Shown one piece after another: positions 15,713 to 23,468 of a stretch of 27,044 nucleotides of DNA (the first letter of the stretch is position 1; each line of letters starts with the position of its first letter). The notes under the pieces were generated by a model. It was not told where the DNA came from and did not search any database. It saw only the letters and a list, made by a program, of their open reading frames with translations. Source of the stretch: Chloroflexota bacterium (GTDB lineage: Bacteria > Chloroflexota > Limnocylindria > Limnocylindrales > CSP1-4); NCBI GenBank assembly GCA_029858845.1, contig JAOUEG010000001.1:1-27044 (forward strand), written 5' to 3'. The position numbers and the translations under genes were made by a program.

Positions 15713-16780
15713 GTGGATGATAGGAGCGACATGAACGGATCCCTGCCCGAGATCATCGATCTGCCGAGCGCGGAGAGGCGCGCCCGCCAGCCGCGTCCGC
15801 GGTTCGGCGAGCGGACCATGATCGTGTGCGACAACCTGGTCAAGATCTACAAGATCGCGGACCTCGAGGTGGTCGCCCTGCAGGGCCTCGATCTCCTCGT
15901 GGAGCGGGGCGAGTTCGTCGCCATGGTCGGAGCGTCGGGGTCCGGCAAGAGCACCCTGCTCAACGTCCTCGGCGGGCTCGACGTCCCATCCGCCGGACGT
16001 GCCGTCGTCGCGGGCCATCAACTGACCGAGCTCAGCTCGCAGGAGCAGACGCTCTACCTGCGGCGGGTGATCGGGTTCGTGTGGCAGCAGACGGCCCGCA
16101 ACCTGCTCGGGTATCTGACCGCGCAGGAGAACGTCGAGTTGCCGATGGTCTTCGACGGCGTTCCACGCCCCGCCCGGGAGGCGCGCGCCCGGGAGCTGTT
16201 GGCGCAGGTCGGCCTGGCCGATCGTGCCGGTCATCGGCCGGACCGGCTGTCCGGAGGCGAGCAGCAGCGGGTGGCGATCGCCGTCGCCCTCGCCAATGAG
16301 CCGGACGTCCTGTTGGCGGACGAGCCGACCGGCGAGCTGGACACGGCGACGGCGGGCGAGATCTTCGATCTCATGCGCCGGGTCAACCGCGAATCCGGCG
16401 TGACCATCGTGGTGGCGACCCACGACCCATTGGTCAGCACCCAGGTGAGTCGCACCGTGGCCATCCGGGACGGACGCGTCAGCAGCGAGGTGCTCCGGGA
16501 GCGGGCCGGGTCGGAGGAGAGTGGCCACCACGTGGAGGCTACCGAGTACGCGGTCCTGGACCGGGTCGGTCGGCTCCAGTTGCCACGGACCCATGTCGAG
16601 GCCCTCGGCCTGGAGCGGCGGGTCCGGCTGGATCTCGAGGAGGACCACATCGCCGTCTGGCCGGATCGCCGTGCTGACGGTCCGTCGTCACCGCCGCGAG
16701 ACCCGGGAACCACGCGACCGGAGGGCCAGCCACGCGCATCGGATGGGCCCGAGCAACGCGACGGAGCGCCGGAGCGATGA
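15713..16780 (+). CDS. LolD/MacB-like ABC ATPase with a C-terminal AbrB-like extension (start 15713 or 15731 uncertain)
   Basis: GASGSGKST, FVWQ, LSGGEQQRVAIA, LLADEPTGELD, ATHD. Tail EYAVLDRVGRLQLP...IAVWP. Confidence 0.9.
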   Translation: MDDRSDMNGSLPEIIDLPSAERRARQPRPRFGERTMIVCDNLVKIYKIADLEVVALQGLDLLVERGEFVAMVGASGSGKSTLLNVLGGLDVPSAGRAVVAGHQLTELSSQEQTLYLRRVIGFVWQQTARNLLGYLTAQENVELPMVFDGVPRPAREARARELLAQVGLADRAGHRPDRLSGGEQQRVAIAVALANEPDVLLADEPTGELDTATAGEIFDLMRRVNRESGVTIVVATHDPLVSTQVSRTVAIRDGRVSSEVLRERAGSEESGHHVEATEYAVLDRVGRLQLPRTHVEALGLERRVRLDLEEDHIAVWPDRRADGPSSPPRDPGTTRPEGQPRASDGPEQRDGAPER

Positions 16781-17490
16781 CCGGACCGATGGACCGGTCG
16801 ACCATCGGACCGATGGTGGAGACCCGCGGCCTCGGCCGGGAGTTCGAGGTGGGGACGGTCGTGGTCCATGCCCTGCAGGACGCCGATCTTCGCGTCCACC
16901 GCGGCGAACTCGTCGCCATTCGCGGGCGCTCCGGTTCCGGCAAGACCACGTTGCTGTCGTTGATCGGTGGGCTGGATCGTCCGACGGCCGGCCAGGCCTT
17001 CGTCGACGGGGCATCGGTCGGTGAGATGAAGTCGGATGAGCTTGTGGAACTGCGGCGTCGGAAGATCGGTTTCATCTTCCAGGCCTTCGGCCTGCTCTCG
17101 ATCCTGACCGCGGCGGAGAACGTCGAAGTGCCGCTTCGCCTTGTCCAGACGCCGCCGCAGGAGCGCGAGGACCGGGTGCGCGTCCTGCTCGAGCTGGTGG
17201 GCCTCGGAGAGCGGGCTCAGCACCGACCACATGAGTTGTCGGGCGGCGAGCAGCAGCGGGTCGCCATCGCCCGAGCCTTGGCCAACCGTCCGGACCTCCT
17301 GCTGGCCGACGAGCCGACCGGCCAGCTCGACTCGCACACGGGACGCGCGATCATGAGCCTGCTTCGCGCGGTCGTCCGCAGCGAGGGGGTGACCGCGCTG
17401 ATCGCCACGCACGATCCGATGCTGATCGACCTGGCCGATCGTGTCATCGAGCTTCGCGACGGCCGGATCGTCAGCGAAGACGGATCGTGA
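16777..17490 (+). CDS. LolD/MacB-like ABC ATPase, 237 aa
   Basis: GRSGSGKTT, FIFQ, LSGGEQQRVAIA, LLADEPTGQLD, ATHD. ATGA overlap with the upstream gene. Confidence 0.92.
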   Translation: MTGPMDRSTIGPMVETRGLGREFEVGTVVVHALQDADLRVHRGELVAIRGRSGSGKTTLLSLIGGLDRPTAGQAFVDGASVGEMKSDELVELRRRKIGFIFQAFGLLSILTAAENVEVPLRLVQTPPQEREDRVRVLLELVGLGERAQHRPHELSGGEQQRVAIARALANRPDLLLADEPTGQLDSHTGRAIMSLLRAVVRSEGVTALIATHDPMLIDLADRVIELRDGRIVSEDGS

Positions 17491-17515
17491 TTCGCGGACG
17501 CTGATCGGAGACCGA

Positions 17516-18505
17516 CTAGCGCGCGTCGTCCGGGGCGCCGGGAACGTCGACCGTGGGCAGCTCCCATGTCCATGTGTGCAGGCGCTTGAGCAGTCGTCGG
17601 CCGGTCAGGTCCAGATGGATCGGCGTGACCGCGATCCGGCGGTTCACGACCGCGTGGAAGTCGGTTCCCGGGACCGACAGGCCGGAAGGTGGCGGCCCTC
17701 CGATCCAGAAGTACGGGATCCCGCGCGGATCCATGCGCTCCAGCAGTTCATCCGAATAGACCCGGCGACCGAGGCGGGTGATCTCGATGCCCTCGCACTC
17801 CTCCAGGGTGACCGCGGGCACGTTGACGTTGATGAGTTCGCCGCGAGACAGCCCCTCTCTGAGGATGTTGCGCGCCACCACGGTCGCGGCCATGGCGGCC
17901 AACGAGAAATCGGGGTGCTCGTAGTACTCCTGCGAGATCGCGAAGGCCGGACAGCTGTTGATGACGGCCTCCATCGCGGCGCTGACCGTGCCCGAGTAGG
18001 TGATGTCGTCGCCGAGGTTGGCCCCGTAGTTGATGCCGGACGCGACGAGGTCGAAGCCGTGTCCGAAATACCCGAGGAACGCGATGCTGACGGCATCGGT
18101 CGGCGATCCGTCCACCGAATAGGCGAGTGACCCGTCGGTCAGGGTCCGTTCCCGGACCCGCAGCGGACGCATCAGCGTCTTCTGATGCCCGACGGCGCTC
18201 TGGTTCGTGTCCGGCGCCACGACCGTGACGTCGCCCATCGGCTCGAGCGCCTGCTTGAGGGCGAGCAGGCCCCGTGATTCCACGCCGTCATCGTTGGTGA
18301 TGAGGATGCGCGGCCGGCTGGTCCATGTCGGGACAGGTCGGGCCGGGGTCCGCAGCGCGCGCGGCCCACCCCGGAGGGCACCGCCGGCGAGTGGCTCGCC
18401 GCGCTCCTTGTCCACGTCCCGGCGCTCCGAACGAGCTCGCTCGCGGGTCATGTCCATGTCCGGACTGCCAGGGGGTGACGGCGGCGTCGATGGATCCTTG
18501 CTCAC
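17516..18505 (-). CDS. surE: 5'/3'-nucleotidase SurE with an N-terminal extension (start uncertain: 18505, 18457, 18451 or 18415)
   Basis: ILITNDDG, VVAPDTNQSAVG, VDGSPTDAV, SGINYGANLG, YSGTVSAAMEA, INVNVP. Confidence 0.92.
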   Translation of the reverse strand: MSKDPSTPPSPPGSPDMDMTRERARSERRDVDKERGEPLAGGALRGGPRALRTPARPVPTWTSRPRILITNDDGVESRGLLALKQALEPMGDVTVVAPDTNQSAVGHQKTLMRPLRVRERTLTDGSLAYSVDGSPTDAVSIAFLGYFGHGFDLVASGINYGANLGDDITYSGTVSAAMEAVINSCPAFAISQEYYEHPDFSLAAMAATVVARNILREGLSRGELINVNVPAVTLEECEGIEITRLGRRVYSDELLERMDPRGIPYFWIGGPPPSGLSVPGTDFHAVVNRRIAVTPIHLDLTGRRLLKRLHTWTWELPTVDVPGAPDDAR

Positions 18506-19695
18506 GTCTCGTCCGCGACATCCTCGGCCTGACCGGGTGCCGGTTCGCGCGGCACGCGCACGGGTCGGCCTTCCCGCTCGCTCAGGCGCCGAGCCGCCCG
18601 ATCGGCGACCGTCCGCTCCCCGGATGTCAGGTGCAGGTAGTGCAGGAAGAAGGCGGACGCGACCGCCGCGACCGGGATGCCGAAGATGGCGCCCGGGATG
18701 CCCGCCACGCGAGACCCGATGAGGACGGAGCCGAGGACGACGATCGGGTGGATCCCGACAGCCCCCTGCATGATCCGTGGCTGCAGGACGTTCATCACGA
18801 CGAACCAGCCGATCACCATGATGATGAGCGTCGGCAGTAGGGCGGATGGCACGAATACGAGGGCGACGATGACCGGCGGTGCCCAGGATACGAACGGTCC
18901 GAAGAACGGGATCGCCATCAGGATGCCGGCACTGACCGACGTGAGCGCCTGGAGCGGCAGGCCCAGCAGCAGCGAGGCGAGCAGCGCCACGCCGAAGTAG
19001 GTGACGCCCATGACCACCTGGCCACGGAGGAAGCCGCCGAACGAGCGGGCCACGGATGTCTGCAGGAGGCGGGCCTCGTCCGCGAACGACGGCGGGACGA
19101 GCCGGAACAGGAACGCCATGATCGGGTCGCGGTCGATGACCATGTAGATGGACAGGAAGAAGATGATCAGCGTCAATCCGATCGCGCCGATGCTGGCCAC
19201 GGCGAAGGACTGCAGCGGCTGGATGAGGGTGACCGCGACGTCGTCGAGATTGTCCAGCAGCGTCAGGGCCTGGGCCGCGACGTCCACCTGGCCGAGGCCG
19301 ATCGAGTCGAGCAGGCCTTGGAGCGGGGCGACGATCGTGTCGATGTCCTGCCGGATCTGCGGGATCGAGGCGACGAACTGGGTGATCGAGGTGGCCAGGG
19401 CCTCGGCGACCACCAGTCCCACGACGACAAGGGTGACGACGATCAGGGTGTAGACGAGGACGACGGCGAGCACTCTCGGCAGGCCCGGGAGCCCGGCCGC
19501 GATCCGCGTCACGATCGGGCTTACGACGAACGCCAGCAGCCAGGCCAGGAAGAACGCCAGCAGGATGTCGCTGAAGATGCTCAGCGCCGACGCCGTCAGG
19601 CTGACGGCGATGAAGAACAGCACGACCGTGCCGAAGGTCAGGACGAGGCCGACGAGTCGGCGCTCGCGATCGGTCGGACGGAAGGCCTCCATCAT
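18502..19695 (-). CDS. AI-2E family transporter (PerM/TqsA-like), 397 aa
   Basis: Multi-TM. FLLAWLLAFVVSP, GGFLRGQ, IPFFGPFVSWAPP, LQPRIMQGAVGIHP, GIPGAIFGIPVAA. Confidence 0.88.
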   Translation of the reverse strand: MMEAFRPTDRERRLVGLVLTFGTVVLFFIAVSLTASALSIFSDILLAFFLAWLLAFVVSPIVTRIAAGLPGLPRVLAVVLVYTLIVVTLVVVGLVVAEALATSITQFVASIPQIRQDIDTIVAPLQGLLDSIGLGQVDVAAQALTLLDNLDDVAVTLIQPLQSFAVASIGAIGLTLIIFFLSIYMVIDRDPIMAFLFRLVPPSFADEARLLQTSVARSFGGFLRGQVVMGVTYFGVALLASLLLGLPLQALTSVSAGILMAIPFFGPFVSWAPPVIVALVFVPSALLPTLIIMVIGWFVVMNVLQPRIMQGAVGIHPIVVLGSVLIGSRVAGIPGAIFGIPVAAVASAFFLHYLHLTSGERTVADRAARRLSEREGRPVRVPREPAPGQAEDVADET

Positions 19696-19702
19696 CGTCC
19701 CG

Positions 19703-20722
19703 TCAGCGCAGGCCCATCTTCTCGCGGACCTCGGCCATCGTTGCCTGGGCGATCGGGCGAACGCGTTCGGCGCCCGCGTCCAGGATGCGCTCGATCCGCT
19801 TCGGATCGGCCATCAGTTCCCGGTAGCGCTCGCGCGGCTCTGCGTAGTGGCGGAGGACCCGTTCCGCGAGAAGCTTCTTGGTGTCCACGCAACCGGTGCG
19901 GGCGGTCCGCTCGCCCTCCCAGATCTCCTCGTAGTCGTCCCCGAACGAGCGATGGAGCTGGCAGACGTTGCAGACGTCCGGCCGACCCGGATCGGTGCGC
20001 AGGATGCGGCGAGTATCCGTGACCATGGACATGATCTGGCGACGGACATCCTCCTCGGGGGCGAAGATATCGATGGCGTTGCCGATCGATTTGCTCATCT
20101 TGCGGACCCCATCCGTGCCGAGGACGATCGGCGCCTCGGTGTGGACCGCGAGGGGTTCCGGAAAGGTCTCGCCGTAGCGGTTGTTGAAGCTGCGAACGAT
20201 CTCCCGTGACAACTCCAGATGCGCCGCCTGGTCCTTGCCGACCGGCACGAGGCTCGCCTTGTAGATGATGATGTCGGCCGCCTGCAGGACCGGATACGAC
20301 AGCAGGCCGTGGTTGACGTCCTCCGGCTGGTTCTGCTTCTTCTCCTTGTAGGTCGGGGTGCGCTCCAGCCACGAGACCGGCGTGACCGTCATCAGCAGCC
20401 AGGCCAGCTCTGTGTGCTCCGGACGATGGCTCTGCACGAACAGGGTGCACCGTTCGGGGTCCAGTCCCAGGGCGAGCAGGGCGGCCGCCATCTCGCGTGT
20501 CTGGAGCCGCAGCCGGTCGGCATCATGGAGGCTGGTCAGCGCGTGGTAGTCGACGATGCAGTAGATCGCCTCGTAGTCCCATTGCAGGCGCACGTAGTTG
20601 CGGATCGCCCCCAGGTCGTTCCCGATGTGGGGGGCGCCGGATGGCTGGATCCCCGAGAAGATCCGCGGCCGCGAGGTCGGCGCATCGACGGGGGACGGGG
20701 CCGGGGCGGTCTCTGTCGTCAT
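19703..20722 (-). CDS. trpS: Tryptophan--tRNA ligase, 339 aa
   Basis: FSGIQPSG.PHIGN (HIGH motif), VDYHALT, YPVLQAADI, VPVGKDQ..HLE, KMSKS. Start ATG 20722 (MTTETA...). Confidence 0.96.
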   Translation of the reverse strand: MTTETAPAPSPVDAPTSRPRIFSGIQPSGAPHIGNDLGAIRNYVRLQWDYEAIYCIVDYHALTSLHDADRLRLQTREMAAALLALGLDPERCTLFVQSHRPEHTELAWLLMTVTPVSWLERTPTYKEKKQNQPEDVNHGLLSYPVLQAADIIIYKASLVPVGKDQAAHLELSREIVRSFNNRYGETFPEPLAVHTEAPIVLGTDGVRKMSKSIGNAIDIFAPEEDVRRQIMSMVTDTRRILRTDPGRPDVCNVCQLHRSFGDDYEEIWEGERTARTGCVDTKKLLAERVLRHYAEPRERYRELMADPKRIERILDAGAERVRPIAQATMAEVREKMGLR

Positions 20723-20730
20723 CGCGCCCG

Positions 20731-20736
20731 AGTGTA
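20731..20736 (-). promoter_or_regulatory. Candidate -10 (TACACT) for leaderless trpS
   Basis: 8 nt before ATG 20722 on the minus strand. No SD. Confidence 0.5.
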
Positions 20737-20774
20737 GCCCACGCTTCATGCTCCGCGAACGGCGGTCGTTGGGG

Positions 20775-20780
20775 TAGAGT
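20775..20780 (+). promoter_or_regulatory. Candidate -10 (TAGAGT) for the leaderless acyl-CoA ligase
   Basis: 6 nt before ATG 20787. No SD. Back-to-back with the trpS promoter. Confidence 0.5.
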
Positions 20781-20786
20781 CCGTCC

Positions 20787-22697
20787 ATGGTCGCCATGCA
20801 TCCACTGGATGCTCTGTGTGCAGCGGCGAGAGCGGATCCGGAGCGTTTCTGGGGCGAGGTCGCCGAGGACATCGTTCCGTGGTTCCGTCGCCCCGACCGG
20901 GTCCTCGTCCATGAGCCACCGACCTTCCGCTGGTTCGAGGGCGGTCGCACGAACATGGCCTGGACCGCGCTCGACCACCAGGTCGAGCAAGGTCGCGGTG
21001 AGCAGGTCGCCCTGATCGCCGCGGACGAGCGCGGCGGACGCCGCCGGTGGACCTACCGGGAGCTCCTTGACGAGGTTCGGAGCATCGCCGCCGCCCTGCG
21101 CGGCCTCGGCGTCGGTCGCGGCGACCGGGTCACCATCTACATGCCGACGACGGTCGAGGCGATCGCCACGATGCTGGCCGTCGTACGGATCGGCGCCATC
21201 CACTCCGTGGTGTTCGCGGGGTTCGGCGCAGGCGCACTCGGCAACCGGATCCGGGCCTCGGGCTCGCGCGTGGTGGTGGCCGCCGACCTGACCTACCGGA
21301 AGGGCAAGGACGTCCCGCTGGAGGGCATCGTCGACGCGGCCCTGCGGGATGACCCGGGTTCGGTGGACGTGATCGTCATGCACCGTCGCGGCAGCGATCG
21401 CGCCGGGCCCGCCTCCGGCAACGCTCCGCCCAAGCTGGACTGGGATGACTTCATCAGCGGTGGCGCGGGGCATCCGGATCGGCACGAGGAGATGGAGTCG
21501 AACGAGCCCGCCTACATCCTGGCCACGTCCGGGACGACGGCCACACCGAAACTCGCCGTCCACACTCACGGCGGCAACCAGGTGCAGATCGCGGCGATGG
21601 GCCAGTGGCTGATGGGGCTGCGCGCCGGAGAGGTGTGGTGGTCGATGTCCGACATCGGCTGGATCGTCGGCCACAGCTACATCGTGTATGCGCCGCTCAT
21701 GGCCGGGGTCACGACCATCGCCTACGAAGGTGCTCTCGATCACCCCGGACCGGATGCGACCTGGGCACTCATCGAGGAGCTCGGCGTCCAGGGTCTGTTC
21801 ACGTCGCCGACGGGCGTCCGGCTGCTGATGCGAGCCGGAGCCGAACCGGCCCGAGCCCACGACCTGTCCAGCCTGGAGCGGATCTTCTGTGCCGGTGAGG
21901 TCCTCAACGCCCCCGCCTGGCGATGGCTGACCGAGGAGGTCTTCGAGGGCCGCGTCCCGGTCATCGACAACATGTGGCAGACGGAGACCGGCGGCCCGAT
22001 CTTCGGCAACCCCTATGGCCTCGGCCTCCTGCCGATCAAGCCGGGCTCGGCAGGCGTGCCGCTGCCGGGCACGGAGGCGGCGGTGGTCGGTCCGGATGGC
22101 GAGCAGCTGCCGGCTGGCCAGAAGGGCATCATGGTGCTGCGTCGTCCGTTCCCCGGCCTGATCGCGACGCTGTGGGGCGAGCCGGAGCGATACGCGACGG
22201 ACTATTGGTCGCGGATCCCGGGGTCGTACTACGTCGGTGACGCGGCGCATATCGACGAGGACGGTTATGTCTGGTTCTCCGGCCGCGCCGACGAGATCAT
22301 CAAGATCGCCGCCCACCGCCTTGGCACGATCGAGGTCGAATCCGCCTTCCTGCGCCATCCGGGCGTCGCGGAGGCGGGCGTGACCGGGCGGCCAGACGAG
22401 CTCCGTGGCGAGGTCATCGCGGCGTTCATCGTGCTCAGGGCCGGGTACGTGCCGTCGGACGATTTGCGCTCGGAGCTGTTGGCGACGCTGCGCGACGAAC
22501 TCGGCCCGATCGCCGTGGTCGGGGAGCTTTCGTTCGTCGACATGCTGCCGAAGACGCGGAGCGGCAAGATCATGCGGCGCGTCCTGAAGGCCGTGGTCGC
22601 CGGGGTCGACCCGGGCGATATCACGACGATCGAGGACGGCGCCTCCGTCGACGAGGCGCGTGCCGCGATCGCGCTGCTCAAAGATGGCGCCCGCTGA
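20787..22697 (+). CDS. Acetate/propionate--CoA ligase (Acs/PrpE family), 636 aa
   Basis: WFEGGRTN, GAIHSVVFAGF, YILATSGTTATPK, SDIGWIVGHSY, DNMWQTETGG, GRADE, LPKTRSGKIMRRVL. Confidence 0.92.
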   Translation: MVAMHPLDALCAAARADPERFWGEVAEDIVPWFRRPDRVLVHEPPTFRWFEGGRTNMAWTALDHQVEQGRGEQVALIAADERGGRRRWTYRELLDEVRSIAAALRGLGVGRGDRVTIYMPTTVEAIATMLAVVRIGAIHSVVFAGFGAGALGNRIRASGSRVVVAADLTYRKGKDVPLEGIVDAALRDDPGSVDVIVMHRRGSDRAGPASGNAPPKLDWDDFISGGAGHPDRHEEMESNEPAYILATSGTTATPKLAVHTHGGNQVQIAAMGQWLMGLRAGEVWWSMSDIGWIVGHSYIVYAPLMAGVTTIAYEGALDHPGPDATWALIEELGVQGLFTSPTGVRLLMRAGAEPARAHDLSSLERIFCAGEVLNAPAWRWLTEEVFEGRVPVIDNMWQTETGGPIFGNPYGLGLLPIKPGSAGVPLPGTEAAVVGPDGEQLPAGQKGIMVLRRPFPGLIATLWGEPERYATDYWSRIPGSYYVGDAAHIDEDGYVWFSGRADEIIKIAAHRLGTIEVESAFLRHPGVAEAGVTGRPDELRGEVIAAFIVLRAGYVPSDDLRSELLATLRDELGPIAVVGELSFVDMLPKTRSGKIMRRVLKAVVAGVDPGDITTIEDGASVDEARAAIALLKDGAR

Positions 22698-23394
22698 GCG
22701 GAGCGCCGCCATCGCCCGCGTCGGCGCCGTCTACTTCGACCTGTATGGGACCCTGGTCGACCTGGGCCCGCTCGACGCGGCCTGCGAGGCCGTCGTTCCC
22801 GGTCATGGCGCGGACTTCGCCAGGGCGTGGCGGGCCGAGCAGATCCGCCTGACGTGGCTGAGGACGATCATGGTCACGTGGGTCGACTTCGAGCGGGTGA
22901 CCGAGGCCGCGCTGCGAGCGATCGCCACCCGCTTCGATGTCGATCCGTCGACCGCTTCGGGTCTCCTCGGCGGGGCTTTCGACGCCCTTCCGGCACGGCC
23001 TGAGGCACCGGCGGCCATCGGATCGCTGCGGGCCGCCGGCATCCGCGTCGGCGTGCTCTCCAACGGGAGCCGCCCGATGATCGGTCGGGCGCTGGCCGAC
23101 ACGACCCTGGCCGGGCTGTTCGATGACCTGCTCTCGGTCGACCAGGTCCGTCGGTTCAAGCCGGATCCTGCCGTCTACGCGATGGCCGTGCGTGCGAGTG
23201 GCCTGGAACCCGCCGAGATCGGGTTCGTCACGGCCAATGACTGGGATGCCGTGGGCGCCGCCGCGTACGGCTTCCGGGTCGCCTGGCTCCGTTCGCCGGG
23301 TGCCCCGGAGCCGCCGTCCGTCGGTGCTCCCGACCCTGCGGTGGCCACCTGGGCCGGTCTGTCACGGTTCGCGACCGACTCTTCCGGGATGTGA
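22684..23394 (+). CDS. Haloacid dehalogenase type II (HAD superfamily), 236 aa
   Basis: FDLYGTL, WRAEQ, LSNG, FKPDPAVY, FVTANDWDAVGA, matching the L-2-haloacid dehalogenase residue pattern. ATG 22684 overlaps the ligase 3' end. Confidence 0.85.
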   Translation: MAPAERSAAIARVGAVYFDLYGTLVDLGPLDAACEAVVPGHGADFARAWRAEQIRLTWLRTIMVTWVDFERVTEAALRAIATRFDVDPSTASGLLGGAFDALPARPEAPAAIGSLRAAGIRVGVLSNGSRPMIGRALADTTLAGLFDDLLSVDQVRRFKPDPAVYAMAVRASGLEPAEIGFVTANDWDAVGAAAYGFRVAWLRSPGAPEPPSVGAPDPAVATWAGLSRFATDSSGM

Positions 23395-23421
23395 GGACCG
23401 GCCGCCGGCCACGGGGTCCGC

Positions 23422-23427
23422 TACCAT
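23422..23427 (+). promoter_or_regulatory. Candidate -10 (TACCAT) for the hom-thrC-thrB operon
   Basis: The best TAnnnT in the gap, following a GGACC/GGTCC hairpin (23395-23419). Confidence 0.5.
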
Positions 23428-23435
23428 TCCACGCG

Positions 23436-23468
23436 ATGCTCGCCCGTCACCGCTCCACGTGCCCGTGA
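23436..23468 (+). other. Possible leaderless 10-aa u[13 protein letters not shown] whose stop overlaps the hom start
   Basis: ATG 8 nt after TACCAT. TGA 23466-23468 overlaps GTG 23465 (GTGA). Confidence 0.3.
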
